Shown in pieces: positions 1-10,134 of a stretch of 52,133 nucleotides of DNA. Every line of letters begins with the position of its first letter. Positions within the stretch are counted from its first letter, which is position 1. The notes below the pieces were generated by a model that did not search any database, was not told where the DNA came from, and worked only from the letters and a program-made list of their open reading frames with translations. Source of the DNA: a phage; the sequence record OZ470597.1; one strand, written 5' to 3'. A program made the position numbers and the translations under genes.

Positions 1-1
1 T

Positions 2-523
2 ATGGCTAAAAACGTTGAGCCAGCAGTAAAGGCTTGCAATTTTAAAAAGCTATACAATAAGCAATATGGCGATATTGCAAAAATGACAAAGGCGCACAAG
101 TACACGCCGGAACAGGTGTTTGATCTGGCTGTACGTTACTTTACGTGGGCCGAGGAAAACCATATACAGGCTGCGGAAACTGCATCCTTTCAGGGTAATG
201 TATACGAAAGCAAGATTCACAAGCCGCGCGTGTTCACCTTAAATGGATTCCGCTTATTCGCTGGCCTTTCTGCTTCCGTGCTTGAAAAATGGCGACGCGA
301 GCCAGGATTCAGCGATGTTATGGACTTTATCGACGGAGTTGTTTACGAGCAAAAATTCCAGCTTGCTGCAAACAATATTGTTAACGCTGGATTCATTGGT
401 AAAGAGATCGGCATTGAAAAGCCAGCCACCGTTACCATTGAGAATAACACAAGCGCCAGCGTTGACGCTGTAACGGCGGAGGAAGTCAAAGAGGCGGTAA
501 TTGACATTCTGGAGAAGATATAA
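2..523 (+). CDS. terminase small subunit (putative)
   Basis: ATG at 2; 173 aa ORF whose stop overlaps the start of the large terminase (TAATG at 521-525); assigned by position only. Confidence 0.5.
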   Translation: MAKNVEPAVKACNFKKLYNKQYGDIAKMTKAHKYTPEQVFDLAVRYFTWAEENHIQAAETASFQGNVYESKIHKPRVFTLNGFRLFAGLSASVLEKWRREPGFSDVMDFIDGVVYEQKFQLAANNIVNAGFIGKEIGIEKPATVTIENNTSASVDAVTAEEVKEAVIDILEKI

Positions 524-2091
524 TGCTGATTTGGGAAGACTTAACAGCGGCGCAAAAACGCGCCATTAAGGAAATGAGCGAATATTCATTCGAAAAGATG
601 ATCCGCATTTGGTTCCAACTTCTCCAGGGACAAAGGTTCTTAGGAAACTGGCATTTCAGTTACCTATGCAGCGAAGTTGAAAAAATCATCAAAGGCGAGT
701 CACAAAACGTAATTTTCAACATAACGCCAGGCAGCGGTAAAACAGAGATATTCTCGATCCATATGTCACCTTATGCGTCATTGAAAAGTAAGAAGGTGCG
801 AAATCTTAATCTTTCGTTTAGTGATGGCCTTGTCCAGCAGAATAGCAACCGAATTAAGGAGATTATCGGTTCTCCAGAATGGCAGGAGCTATGGCCTGGA
901 AAACTGGCAAAGGCGAGCGCAAAGGATCTGATCGTAACCGATGGCGGCAAGGTTAAATTGCAAGTTAACTCGCGATCTATAGGTGGTCAGGTTACTGGTC
1001 TGCGTGGCGGCTACATGGACGATGGATTTACTGGTATGCTGGTTCTTGATGATCCAGACAAACCGGATGACATGCTTTCTAAGGTAAAGCGCGAAGCCGG
1101 ACACATGCGCCTAAAGAACACGGTGCGATCGCGTCGAATGAAGGACACAACGCCCATCGTAATGGTCCAGCAACGGCTACACGTCAATGATTCAACATGG
1201 TTCATGACAAACGGAGGTATGGGCGGCATCCAGTTTAAGGTTGTTAGCATTCCGGCGCTCGTTACTAAGGAATATCGCGAAACGCTTCCTGATTGGTTAA
1301 GGCATGAGTTTGATCGCGATGTTTTGTCCAGCAAGCCAGTAATGATTGATGGAGTTGCTCATTATTCATTCTGGCCTGCTAAGGAAAGCGCGGAGGAATT
1401 ACTTGCACTTCGCAATGCTGATCCGTACACGTTCGCTAGTCAGTACCAGCAACAGCCTGTTGCGCTTGGCGGTAACGTGTTTAAAACAGAGTGGTTTCAG
1501 TATTACGGCAGCAGCGAGAAATGCACGCTACCAAAACCGGATCGCTTTGAATATACATTTATCACGGTTGATACCGCGCAGAAAACAGGTGAGCTTAACG
1601 ACTACTCCGTGATCTGTTATTGGGGGATGTATAAAGATCGCGTTTACTTCATTGATGGTGTTCGCGGAAAATGGGAAGCACCAGACCTTGAGACTAATTT
1701 TGTTGCGTTCGTTAATCAGTGCTGGAAGCGCAATAAAGAATGCGGAACGTTGAGAAGGATTCATGTTGAAGATAAGTCATCTGGTACTGGCTTGATTCAG
1801 AGCGCAGCGAAAAAAATCATGATCAAGATCAATCCCGTTCAGCGAGATAAAGATAAGGTTACGCGAGCAATGGACGCAGCACCAGTAATGCGCGCCGGAC
1901 GCGTGGCACTTCCAGAATCTCATCCTATGCTGGCTGAGATACTCGCTGAAGTTGCGGCGTTTACATTCGATGATAGCCATCCTCATGATGATATTGTTGA
2001 TAACATCATTGATGCGGTTAACATTGAAATGAACATGGCAGATGATCCGGTTGGAAGAATGAAAAAATTGGCAGGTTTGCGGAACAAATAG
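523..2091 (+). CDS. terminase large subunit
   Basis: 522 aa; P-loop-like TPGSGKTE, Walker B-like MLVLDDPD, C-terminal nuclease-type acidic motifs (ITVDTAQ, HVEDKSSGTG); followed by terminator. Confidence 0.8.
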   Translation: MLIWEDLTAAQKRAIKEMSEYSFEKMIRIWFQLLQGQRFLGNWHFSYLCSEVEKIIKGESQNVIFNITPGSGKTEIFSIHMSPYASLKSKKVRNLNLSFSDGLVQQNSNRIKEIIGSPEWQELWPGKLAKASAKDLIVTDGGKVKLQVNSRSIGGQVTGLRGGYMDDGFTGMLVLDDPDKPDDMLSKVKREAGHMRLKNTVRSRRMKDTTPIVMVQQRLHVNDSTWFMTNGGMGGIQFKVVSIPALVTKEYRETLPDWLRHEFDRDVLSSKPVMIDGVAHYSFWPAKESAEELLALRNADPYTFASQYQQQPVALGGNVFKTEWFQYYGSSEKCTLPKPDRFEYTFITVDTAQKTGELNDYSVICYWGMYKDRVYFIDGVRGKWEAPDLETNFVAFVNQCWKRNKECGTLRRIHVEDKSSGTGLIQSAAKKIMIKINPVQRDKDKVTRAMDAAPVMRAGRVALPESHPMLAEILAEVAAFTFDDSHPHDDIVDNIIDAVNIEMNMADDPVGRMKKLAGLRNK

Positions 2092-2118
2092 ACGAATCGA
2101 CAAACCAATATATAATCA

Positions 2119-2146
2119 AAGGCTGGTAAATCCAGCCTTTTTTATT
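2119..2146 (+). terminator. intrinsic terminator after large terminase gene
   Basis: hairpin AGGCTGG...CCAGCCT followed by TTTTTT, then RBS GGAGG. Confidence 0.6.
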
Positions 2147-2158
2147 GGAGGAAAGATA

Positions 2159-3439
2159 ATGAGTAAATCACGAATCGTTAAGGCTGATGGCTATAACGAG
2201 ATCTTTAAAGGCGAGAATTGCAAATCGCGAGTAGAGCAACCATTCTACATGCAATCAATGCCATACAAGACACTTGCTGACTTTTACGAAAAAGACGGCT
2301 TGGCAAAAAGGATTATTGACGTAGTACCAGAGGAAATGGTTTCCCCTGGCTTTACTGTTGACGGCGTGGCAGACGAGGCAGCATTCCGTTCTTTGTGGGA
2401 TGAGAAGCGATTGAATGCAAAAATCATTGATGCGCTTTGCTGGTCGCGTTTGTTTGGCGGATCTGCAATCATTGCTCTTGTTCAGGATGGGCGAGCGCTC
2501 AAATCACCTGTAAAGCATGGAGCTATTCTGGAAGATGTGCGCGTTTACGATCGCTATCAGATTCGCGTTGAAGCGCGCGAAACTAATCCCCGCAAAGTTC
2601 GCTATGGTGAGCCAGTGCTTTACACTGTAACACCAGGCGGAGATTTGCCGGAATACCAGGTACACTACACGCGCGTTTGCATTATCGACGGTGAGCGGAT
2701 ACCTAACGCAAAGCGACGCAGCAATGATGGATGGGGTGAGTCAGTTCTTAACAAGCGACTTGTTGAGGCTATTGTTGATTATAACTATTGTGAAACATTA
2801 GCCACGCAATTATTGCGCAGGAAACAACAGGCGGTATGGAAGGCTAAAGGACTCGCTGACTTGTGCGATGATGAAGAAGGTGTTAGCGCGGCACGTCTGA
2901 GGCTTGCGCAGGTTGACGATGAGGGCGGCGTAGGCAAGGCCATTGGTATTGATGCTGAGGATGAGGAATATGATGTTCTTAACTCTGACATTAGCGGCGT
3001 TGATTCTTTTCTGGAAAAGAAAATGGATCGCATCGTTTCCCTTTCAGGTATTCATGAAATCATCCTGAAAAATAAAAACGTTGGCGGCGTTAGCGCAAGC
3101 CAAAACACGGCGCTTGAAACATTCTATAAACTTATTGAGCGAAAACGCGTTGAGGATTACAAGCCAATCCTTGAATTTCTATTGCCGTTCATCATTAGTG
3201 AGCAGGAGTGGAGCATTGAGTTTTCACCTTTGAGCGTACCTAGCGATAAAGATCAGGCTGAAATTCTGAATAAGAATATCGACTCAATCAGCAAGGCTAT
3301 TGATGGTCAGTTCCTTGATGTTGAAGAAGCGCGAGACACGTTGCGAGCAATCGCCCCAAGCGTTAAACTAAAGGACACTAATAAAATCAAGCTGCCGGAG
3401 CCAGTGGAGCCGGAGCCAGGCACACAGGGGAATGAGTAA
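2159..3439 (+). CDS. portal protein
   Basis: 426 aa ORF directly after terminase with GGAGG RBS; position and size typical of portal. Confidence 0.65.
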   Translation: MSKSRIVKADGYNEIFKGENCKSRVEQPFYMQSMPYKTLADFYEKDGLAKRIIDVVPEEMVSPGFTVDGVADEAAFRSLWDEKRLNAKIIDALCWSRLFGGSAIIALVQDGRALKSPVKHGAILEDVRVYDRYQIRVEARETNPRKVRYGEPVLYTVTPGGDLPEYQVHYTRVCIIDGERIPNAKRRSNDGWGESVLNKRLVEAIVDYNYCETLATQLLRRKQQAVWKAKGLADLCDDEEGVSAARLRLAQVDDEGGVGKAIGIDAEDEEYDVLNSDISGVDSFLEKKMDRIVSLSGIHEIILKNKNVGGVSASQNTALETFYKLIERKRVEDYKPILEFLLPFIISEQEWSIEFSPLSVPSDKDQAEILNKNIDSISKAIDGQFLDVEEARDTLRAIAPSVKLKDTNKIKLPEPVEPEPGTQGNE

Positions 3440-4203
3440 TGAAAGTGAAGGGCGTCGTTAAACAATGGCGCTTTCCTGAAGCAAGCGAGCGGCAACTTAG
3501 CCGCTCAATTCAGGAGGCAATTAGAGATCTTGTAATTCTCATGCGCAAGCGAACAAAAGCGATGAAGTTTGACGCAACAGATAATGAGATCAACAGCGCA
3601 GAAGATGAGATTAACAGCCTGGCAACTGACCTTATAGCTGGCATTGTTTCCACCCTTCCTGCAATCGCGTTAACCATCTATAAATTCAATGCGAAGCAGT
3701 TCATAAATGTTGCCAAGTCAACTGGAGGAAAGGATAACACGGCGGTAATTGTTTTGATCGCGGTTGGAGCTAACGCTAGCGAGGAATGGTATCAGACGCT
3801 TTACGGGCAATGGCACGGACTCACAGAATCATCGCTAAGGAAGTTGTTCACAAATATTGTGTCTGACTGGTCAACAAAAATTCGCAATGCAAACTTTCGC
3901 GGAAGCAATGATAAACAGGTTAATGATCTTGCAGAAAAGAGATTTGCTGTTTATAGCTCATGGGGCAAAACAAGATCAGAAAACATTATCGGCGCGTGGA
4001 ATAGTCGCCTGATGCGCCAGCGCCTTTATGATGCTAAGGTGACTCATTATTTCTGGCATGGAATGTTAGATGATAGAGAGCGCTTGCAGCATGTGTTATG
4101 GGAAGGTAAAAGAATAGCGCTTGATGCAATTCATGATTTCCCTGGTGAGCCGTGGGGTTGCCGTTGCTGGGCGATTCCAGATTGGAATAATAAAGGAGAG
4201 TAA
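3439..4203 (+). CDS. head morphogenesis protein (Mu F / SPP1 gp7-like minor capsid protein)
   Basis: 254 aa, start overlaps portal stop; position after portal and conserved C-terminal region typical of MuF-like proteins. Confidence 0.55.
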   Translation: MKVKGVVKQWRFPEASERQLSRSIQEAIRDLVILMRKRTKAMKFDATDNEINSAEDEINSLATDLIAGIVSTLPAIALTIYKFNAKQFINVAKSTGGKDNTAVIVLIAVGANASEEWYQTLYGQWHGLTESSLRKLFTNIVSDWSTKIRNANFRGSNDKQVNDLAEKRFAVYSSWGKTRSENIIGAWNSRLMRQRLYDAKVTHYFWHGMLDDRERLQHVLWEGKRIALDAIHDFPGEPWGCRCWAIPDWNNKGE

Positions 4204-4206
4204 TTA

Positions 4207-5319
4207 ATGAAGGCAAAACAAAGATTTGATAGCGTCCAGGTTAAGGCGCATTTTGATGATAATGGATTTTTAGTGGATCGCCCAATTGTGGCGCGAATTG
4301 GTTTGCAGGAGTACCGCACACCGTATGGAATCAGACGAGAGTTCCGACCAGCGTCAGAGGTGTTTAAGGCTGATTCGCTTGCTACGTTCGCAGGCAAGCC
4401 GATCACTATCGGTCACGTCACAGTGACGCCAGATAATGCGGATCAGGTTGTTGTTGGTTCATGCGCTGGCGCTGGTGTTCCTAATGGGATTGGCGTTGAA
4501 GTTCCGTTAAGCATTTACTCAAAGCGAGCAATTGAGAGCGCAAAAAAGAAAGACACGGCGGAAATTTCAGTTGGTTACACATCGGTTGATATTGACAAGC
4601 CAGGCTGGGGTAATAATAAAACTGGTGATTACTTATTTGATGAAGACCTTAAAGAAGACTGGAAGCCTGATTCTCCTGATTGGGTCAAATTTGACGCCAT
4701 TCAGACGAATATCCGTGTTAATCACATTGCGCTTGTCTTTCGTGGTCGTGCTGGCATTGCCAAATTAAATCTTGATAGTGAACAAGATTTTCCGTATAGT
4801 GACGAGGTTCTAAATGACAAAGGAGATGAGGAAATGACAGTAAAAATTAAACTTGATGGCGCGGTAGAATTTGATGTTCCAAAGGCCGTTGCTGATCATA
4901 TTGAGGCGTTAAAGGCAGATGCAAAAGCTGCAACCGAAAAAGCTGATGGCCTTGAGGCCGAGCGCGACGCCCTGAAAACTAAAGTCGATGGCATTCCGGC
5001 GCAGATTGCAGAAGCTGTTAAGAAGGCAAAGACTGACGCAGAAGAACATGCCAAGCTGGTTGCAGATGCAACTGAAATTGGCATCAAGTGTGACGGCTTG
5101 GACGCTAAAGCGATCAAGGTTGCTTACGTCAAAGAAGTCACTGGCGCTGATATTTCAGAAAAAGCCGATGCATATATTGAAACAGCTTTTGACCTTGCGA
5201 AGCAGTCTGATAAAATGGCGGCGCAGCGTAAATCTGTTAAGGGCGATTCTTTCGAATCTGGCAAGAGTGAAAAAACCGACTCCCTTGATCCTACTGCGCG
5301 TTTGAAAAAACTTAAATAA
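4207..5319 (+). CDS. capsid scaffolding protein (DUF2213-like)
   Basis: 370 aa between MuF-like and capsid genes; C-terminal half Ala/Lys/Glu-rich coiled-coil (KADAKAATEKADGLEAERDALKTKVDG); AAGGAG RBS. Confidence 0.5.
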   Translation: MKAKQRFDSVQVKAHFDDNGFLVDRPIVARIGLQEYRTPYGIRREFRPASEVFKADSLATFAGKPITIGHVTVTPDNADQVVVGSCAGAGVPNGIGVEVPLSIYSKRAIESAKKKDTAEISVGYTSVDIDKPGWGNNKTGDYLFDEDLKEDWKPDSPDWVKFDAIQTNIRVNHIALVFRGRAGIAKLNLDSEQDFPYSDEVLNDKGDEEMTVKIKLDGAVEFDVPKAVADHIEALKADAKAATEKADGLEAERDALKTKVDGIPAQIAEAVKKAKTDAEEHAKLVADATEIGIKCDGLDAKAIKVAYVKEVTGADISEKADAYIETAFDLAKQSDKMAAQRKSVKGDSFESGKSEKTDSLDPTARLKKLK

Positions 5320-5331
5320 GGAGAAATAAAC

Positions 5332-5844
5332 ATGGCTACAATTGGAGCAAGCTACTTTGCTGTAATGTCTCGTGCGTTACCTGGTCAAGTTTCTGACACT
5401 TCAGCTTATAATATTGATGGCGCTTGTGTTCTTGAGAATGCGGCAGGCAATCAGAATCAGTCTGTTTTTGTTGGTGTGGCGGTCCAGCATGGCGGCGTTG
5501 ACGCTATGGGCAATAAGCTAATTAAGCCGATGGCGGCAAGCGGCAAGGCTTACGGCGTTGCAATTCGATCTCACTTTCAGACAACTTCGTCTGACGGTCG
5601 AATGATTTATGAATCTGGCGGCGGAATCAACGTAATGACTGAAGGGCGTGTTTGGATGTTGGCTAAAGACGCTTCCGCGCCAGCTTTCGGCACTGCAATC
5701 AAACTGTCTGATGATGGTCAGGTCGATACCACGTCTGGCACTATCGAAACAAACTGGATCGCGACTGGTGATTTCACCAAGTTTCAAGACTTGAAGCTGG
5801 TAGAGGTTCAGGTGCAAAAAGTTCCGGCAGTTTCAGCAGGTTAA
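5332..5844 (+). CDS. putative head decoration/auxiliary capsid protein (DUF2190-like), paralog 1
   Basis: 170 aa, strong RBS, followed by strong terminator; shares GVAV...G..VW.L...P..G pattern with the next ORF. Confidence 0.35.
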   Translation: MATIGASYFAVMSRALPGQVSDTSAYNIDGACVLENAAGNQNQSVFVGVAVQHGGVDAMGNKLIKPMAASGKAYGVAIRSHFQTTSSDGRMIYESGGGINVMTEGRVWMLAKDASAPAFGTAIKLSDDGQVDTTSGTIETNWIATGDFTKFQDLKLVEVQVQKVPAVSAG

Positions 5845-5851
5845 TAAATAT

Positions 5852-5875
5852 GGCGCTCACTGAGCGCCTTTTTTA
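5852..5875 (+). terminator. intrinsic terminator
   Basis: GGCGCTCA-C-TGAGCGCC hairpin followed by TTTTTT. Confidence 0.7.
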
Positions 5876-5889
5876 TATTTGGAGTTCTC

Positions 5890-6324
5890 ATGAGTGATTA
5901 TTCAGTCATTGTTGGCGCTGAGTCGCCAGGGTGCATGGTCGATTCTTCAATAATGGTGATTAACGGATCTTTCGTGTGCGGAGATGAATTTATTGCGCCA
6001 GGTAAGATTGTGCGACTATCACATATAACAAATGGATACAAAATAGCAAGTGTTAATGGGGATCTCGTTATTGGCGTGGCAGTAAGGCCGCCGGACTCGT
6101 GCATATATGAAGAGGGCGATCCAGTTAATGTGGTTAGTCGAGGTAATGTTTGGTGCTTAACTTCTGAGAGCGAAGCGCCAGAATATGGAGATAAAGTATT
6201 TGTAACGCAAGATGGAGATGTGGCATACAGTGAAGGCGACTTGCTGATTGGTTGGATCTTTACTGGCGAACATGTAAAGGTTGATCATGATTCATATATT
6301 GTCGGGGTAAGCATTAGCGCATAA
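5890..6324 (+). CDS. putative head decoration/auxiliary capsid protein (DUF2190-like), paralog 2
   Basis: 144 aa; paralogous to 5332..5844 (IGVAVRP...SRGNVWCL...APEYGDKV). Confidence 0.35.
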   Translation: MSDYSVIVGAESPGCMVDSSIMVINGSFVCGDEFIAPGKIVRLSHITNGYKIASVNGDLVIGVAVRPPDSCIYEEGDPVNVVSRGNVWCLTSESEAPEYGDKVFVTQDGDVAYSEGDLLIGWIFTGEHVKVDHDSYIVGVSISA

Positions 6325-6336
6325 CACAAAATTATG

Positions 6337-6364
6337 TTGCACGTTTAACAAAAAATGCTATCAT
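6337..6364 (+). promoter_or_regulatory. sigma70-like promoter upstream of major capsid gene (TTGCAC-16-TATCAT), overlapping a reversed copy of the conserved element
   Basis: -35 at 6337-6342, -10 at 6359-6364; conserved element gtttaacaaaaaatgctat at 6343-6361. Confidence 0.4.
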
Positions 6365-6407
6365 TGTGGCGTTACATACTAACAGCCTTTATATATGGAG
6401 GAAGAAA

Positions 6408-7382
6408 ATGGAAAAAGAAAAATTTGATCAGCTAGATGCGGATATTGTTTCTAGCTATCTGGCTACTCGCGGCGTTAAGGGTGATGCTTCTGATATGGGT
6501 ATCTGGACGGCGCAAGAGCTTCACAAGATCCGCTCAACTGCTTACGAGAAAGAATATCCGGCAGGTTCAGCGCTTCGTGTATTCCCTGTAACTAATGAGC
6601 TTTCTGATACTGATAAGACTTTTGAATATCAGATGTTTGACAAGGTTGGTTACGCAAAAATTATCGCTGATTACACCGACGATCTGCCGACCGTTGACGC
6701 GCTGATGTCCAGCGAATTTGGTAAAGTGTTCCGCTTGGGTAACGCGTTCTTGATCTCCATTGACGAAATCAAGGCTGGTCAGCGCACTGGTAAGAGCCTT
6801 TCCACTCGCAAGGCAAACGCAGCGCAAAACGCTCATGATCAGGAAGTTAACCGCCTGGTGTTTAAGGGTTCAAAGCCGCATAAGATTCTTTCGGTGTTTG
6901 AACATCCTAACCTGACAAAGATCGTGTCAACTGGCTGGTTAAGTGCTGATGAAAACACTAAGTTCCCGCAGGCAGCATCTGATGAACTGGAAAAGGCTAT
7001 TGAAACCATTCAGACCATCACCAATGGTCAGCACCGCGCAACCAATATCCTGATTCCGCCGTCTATGCGCAAGGTTCTTTCCGTTCGAATGGAAAACACC
7101 ACTGAAAGTTATCTGGAATACTTCCAGAAACAAAACAGCGGAATCACCATCGATTCAATCGCAGAGCTTGAGGATATTGATGGCGCTGGAACGAAAGGTT
7201 GCCTGGTATATGAGAAAGACCCAATGAACATGTCGATCGAAATTCCAGAAGCATTTAACATGCTTCCGGCGCAACCAAAAGATCTGCATTTCAAAGTTCC
7301 GTGCACTTCAAAATGTACTGGCCTGACTATTTACCGTCCATTTACGCTGGTGCTTATTACTGGCTTGAAAAAATCCGGTTAA
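6408..7382 (+). CDS. major capsid protein
   Basis: 324 aa from ATG 6408 with GGAGG RBS (the listed ORF start 6366 is a GTG upstream); own promoter TTGCAC-16-TATCAT; strong terminator after stop; position after scaffold/decoration genes. Confidence 0.65.
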   Translation: MEKEKFDQLDADIVSSYLATRGVKGDASDMGIWTAQELHKIRSTAYEKEYPAGSALRVFPVTNELSDTDKTFEYQMFDKVGYAKIIADYTDDLPTVDALMSSEFGKVFRLGNAFLISIDEIKAGQRTGKSLSTRKANAAQNAHDQEVNRLVFKGSKPHKILSVFEHPNLTKIVSTGWLSADENTKFPQAASDELEKAIETIQTITNGQHRATNILIPPSMRKVLSVRMENTTESYLEYFQKQNSGITIDSIAELEDIDGAGTKGCLVYEKDPMNMSIEIPEAFNMLPAQPKDLHFKVPCTSKCTGLTIYRPFTLVLITGLKKSG

Positions 7383-7395
7383 TCGTATAACATTT

Positions 7396-7426
7396 GGGAA
7401 TCCTTAATTGGATTCCCTTTTTTATT
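7396..7426 (+). terminator. intrinsic terminator after major capsid gene
   Basis: GGGAATCC...GGATTCCC hairpin followed by TTTTTT. Confidence 0.7.
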
Positions 7427-7438
7427 GGAGGTTATAAA

Positions 7439-7711
7439 ATGGCTAAAGAAAAAACTGTAACGTTAAAGGTTTCCGGTGTGTGCCTTATCATTGTTGATGG
7501 CGAGCATTATCATCCAGGCAAAGAGTTTGACGTAGAAGAATCAAAATTGAAAACAAGCGCGTTTGAATATCTAATTGCAAAAGGCGATCTGGAGGTTAAA
7601 GACAACTCCGCATTGAACGAAGAAATCAAACAGAGCGCAGCAAGCAAGCGTAAAAAAGACCCGCGAGAGGGCAAGAGCAAAGCCGAACTTGAAGACGGCG
7701 GCATCTATTAA
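7439..7711 (+). CDS. hypothetical protein (head-tail region)
   Basis: ATG 7439 with GGAGG RBS immediately after terminator 7396-7426; 90 aa. Confidence 0.45.
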   Translation: MAKEKTVTLKVSGVCLIIVDGEHYHPGKEFDVEESKLKTSAFEYLIAKGDLEVKDNSALNEEIKQSAASKRKKDPREGKSKAELEDGGIY

Positions 7712-7758
7712 TAAAGAGGGCGCTTATAGCGCCCTTTGTCATATCTGGAGGAAACACA

Positions 7759-8175
7759 ATGGTTGATGAATTTTTCACTGACACAGAAATCACGCAGCAA
7801 ATCGTGAAATTAGCTCCACCGATGAAGCAGATTGATCCAGATTTAATGGTGGCATGGATTGAGCTTGCAAAGGAATTTGTTTGCAAGAAGCGGTTTAAAG
7901 AATCATATCCTAAAGCTGTTGCTCTTTATACGTTGCACCTTATGACGCTTGACGGAGCGATGAAACAGGAAGGTGAAAGCGTAGAGAGTTACTCACGGCG
8001 CGTGGCGTCATTTTCCCTGACTGGTGAATTTAGCCAGGCATTTGATCGTGTGTCCGGCGATTCAAGCGGAAAAGAGATCAGGCAAACTCCGTGGGGTAAA
8101 ATGTACGAAACGCTAAATCGCAAGAAAGGTGGTGGATTTGGCCTTGTTACTGGATTTCGGAGGCGCTGCAAATGA
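7759..8175 (+). CDS. putative head-tail connector protein
   Basis: 138 aa, GGAGG RBS, position between capsid and tail genes. Confidence 0.4.
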   Translation: MVDEFFTDTEITQQIVKLAPPMKQIDPDLMVAWIELAKEFVCKKRFKESYPKAVALYTLHLMTLDGAMKQEGESVESYSRRVASFSLTGEFSQAFDRVSGDSSGKEIRQTPWGKMYETLNRKKGGGFGLVTGFRRRCK

Positions 8176-8543
8176 ACTATAACGAGATCGCAAGAATGGC
8201 AACCGAAGGAATTAACTTCTTTAGTGATGGCAACGGTGAGTTTAAGTGCATAACGCAGCGAGGAAGCGTTGAAATAATCGGAGGCGAAGAAGTAGAAAAG
8301 CCAGAGATTAGTGTAATGATTAAGGGTTTAATTCGATCCCCAAAAGTTCGAGAGGTTGACGGCGAGACAATACGAGTAACCGATAAGTTGGGAGTTTTTA
8401 ACAATAAAGTTGAAATTAAGAACGGGTATCATATTGATGTTGATGGTGAATTATATGTTGTAGTTGAAGCAAGACCAATCAGACAAACCAATGTCACTGT
8501 TGCTTATCGGCCTATTTTGAGAAGGATTTCTGTGCATGGCTAA
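8172..8543 (+). CDS. putative head closure/head-tail joining protein
   Basis: 123 aa, start overlaps upstream stop (ATGA); position. Confidence 0.4.
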   Translation: MNYNEIARMATEGINFFSDGNGEFKCITQRGSVEIIGGEEVEKPEISVMIKGLIRSPKVREVDGETIRVTDKLGVFNNKVEIKNGYHIDVDGELYVVVEARPIRQTNVTVAYRPILRRISVHG

Positions 8544-8979
8544 AAACTACACGATAAGGGAATTTCACGGCAACATTGATGCGTGGATAAACGCCGTTGA
8601 TAATGGCCTGAAAGATTGCGTGGAGTTGTTCGCCGAAAAAGTGCATACAGATCTTGTTAAGCGTTCTCCGGTAGATACTGGTCGTTACCGTGGAAACTGG
8701 CAGGTAACAGCAAATAAGCCGCCATTGTATGCGCTTAACCAGTACGATAAGCACGGCGACAAAACGATCGCGGAAGGCAAGCGAGCCATATACGCAATAT
8801 TACGAGGCGGCGGCGCAGTAAGGGCCATTTATTTTTCTAACATGCTTATTTATGCTAACGCGCTTGAATACGGTCATTCAAAACAAGCGCCAGCGGGTGT
8901 GCTTGGTATTGTTGCCGTGAAGTTGCGTTCATATATGGCTGAAGCAATAAAAGAGTCGAGGGCTAAAAATGCACTATGA
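8536..8979 (+). CDS. neck/tail completion protein (HK97 gp10-like)
   Basis: 147 aa with VDTGRYRGNW motif typical of HK97 gp10-family head-tail proteins. Confidence 0.55.
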   Translation: MAKNYTIREFHGNIDAWINAVDNGLKDCVELFAEKVHTDLVKRSPVDTGRYRGNWQVTANKPPLYALNQYDKHGDKTIAEGKRAIYAILRGGGAVRAIYFSNMLIYANALEYGHSKQAPAGVLGIVAVKLRSYMAEAIKESRAKNAL

Positions 8980-9367
8980 ATTAATGCTATCGGCGCGTAA
9001 GGCGCTGGCGACTGAATACGAGAGCAGATTCACGATCGCTTATGAAAACGTAGAGTTTACGCCACCTGGTGACGGTTCGCCGTGGTTGAAGTTTGACTAT
9101 GCCGAAGTTGACACAGAATACTTGTCATTGGATCGAAAATGCGTTTCATATATCGGAATGATTCAGGTTGGCATTGTTTTTCCACCAGGTTACGGAACTG
9201 ACAGGCCGCGCGTTCTAGCTAAAGAGATTGCGCAATTCTTTTACGATGGTAAAATGCTGGAGCATGGTTATATATATGAGGGTGCAAGAGTTCACAAGCC
9301 GCTCAAGAGTGAAAGCGGTTGGATTCTCCCAATAAGGTTTTATGTTCGAATTGAAACAAAGGAGTAA
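8969..9367 (+). CDS. putative tail terminator protein (lambda U-like by size and position)
   Basis: 132 aa immediately upstream of the major tail protein gene. Confidence 0.45.
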   Translation: MHYELMLSARKALATEYESRFTIAYENVEFTPPGDGSPWLKFDYAEVDTEYLSLDRKCVSYIGMIQVGIVFPPGYGTDRPRVLAKEIAQFFYDGKMLEHGYIYEGARVHKPLKSESGWILPIRFYVRIETKE

Positions 9368-9372
9368 AAATT

Positions 9373-10035
9373 ATGCATTTACCAAATGGATCGCAAATTT
9401 TCGTTGAGAGCAATCGCGGAAGCGCTATTGAGGCAACGGCAGTATCAAACGCTAAAGATCCTGTATTCACCGTTGCATCTGGCGGTACTGCGTACAAGAA
9501 AGGTGATTATGTTATCATCACTGCGTCCTCCTGGGGCAAGCTGATTAATCGTGTTATGCGTGTAAAGACTAACGGTGAAGATACAAGCGTAACTCTTGAA
9601 GGTGTAGATACTACTGATCAGAACGTGTTCCCGACTGGCGGCACTGCATCTTTTGCCAAGATTGATGCATGGACTGAGATCCCTTGCGTTCAGGATTTGT
9701 CGCAGGACGGCGGAGAACAGCAATATTACACTTATCAGTGTTTGGCTGACGACCAGGAGCAGCAGTTACCTACCTATAAGAGCGCGGTTTCTCTTACCTA
9801 CACTTTTGCGCACGAATACGATAACGCGATCTATCCGTTACTTCGTGCAGCAGACGAATCCGGTGAAGTAACGGCGCTTCGCATGTATGTACCAAAAGCA
9901 AAAGAGATGCGTTGCTGGGCTGGTGTCCTTTCGTTTAACGAGATCCCACAAACGACCGTTAACGAAATGGAAACTGTTTCCCTGTCTGTATCCCTGAAAG
10001 GTCGATTCACCTTCCTACCTTCTCAAGTAGCATAA
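9373..10035 (+). CDS. major tail (tube) protein
   Basis: 220 aa, AAAGGAG RBS, followed by strong terminator and then the chaperone/tape-measure genes. Confidence 0.6.
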   Translation: MHLPNGSQIFVESNRGSAIEATAVSNAKDPVFTVASGGTAYKKGDYVIITASSWGKLINRVMRVKTNGEDTSVTLEGVDTTDQNVFPTGGTASFAKIDAWTEIPCVQDLSQDGGEQQYYTYQCLADDQEQQLPTYKSAVSLTYTFAHEYDNAIYPLLRAADESGEVTALRMYVPKAKEMRCWAGVLSFNEIPQTTVNEMETVSLSVSLKGRFTFLPSQVA

Positions 10036-10040
10036 TCACA

Positions 10041-10063
10041 AGGGGCGTTGCGCCCCTTTTTTT
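10041..10063 (+). terminator. intrinsic terminator after major tail gene
   Basis: AGGGGCG...CGCCCCT hairpin followed by TTTTTTT. Confidence 0.7.
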
Positions 10064-10101
10064 GTTACTGTACAATCATGCTACACGATTCATAATCAAT
10101 T

Positions 10102-10121
10102 CTTTTAACAAAAAGTGCTAT
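10102..10121 (+). promoter_or_regulatory. conserved element copy (reverse orientation) upstream of tail chaperone gene
   Basis: cttttaacaaaaagtgctat between terminator 10041-10063 and RBS of gene 10135. Confidence 0.35.
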
Positions 10122-10134
10122 CAAGGAGAAAGAA

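Noticed and set aside
889-2103. Several minus-strand ORFs (889-1104, 1011-1334, 1528-1764, 1777-2103) inside the terminase gene
   Set aside because: Fully embedded antisense in a strongly supported gene, with no RBS or promoter.
6343-6361. Conserved element copy upstream of the capsid gene as a minus-strand promoter
   Set aside because: Spacing to the nearest minus-strand -10-like hexamer is only about 6 nt and no minus-strand gene follows; more likely part of the plus-strand TTGCAC-16-TATCAT capsid promoter.
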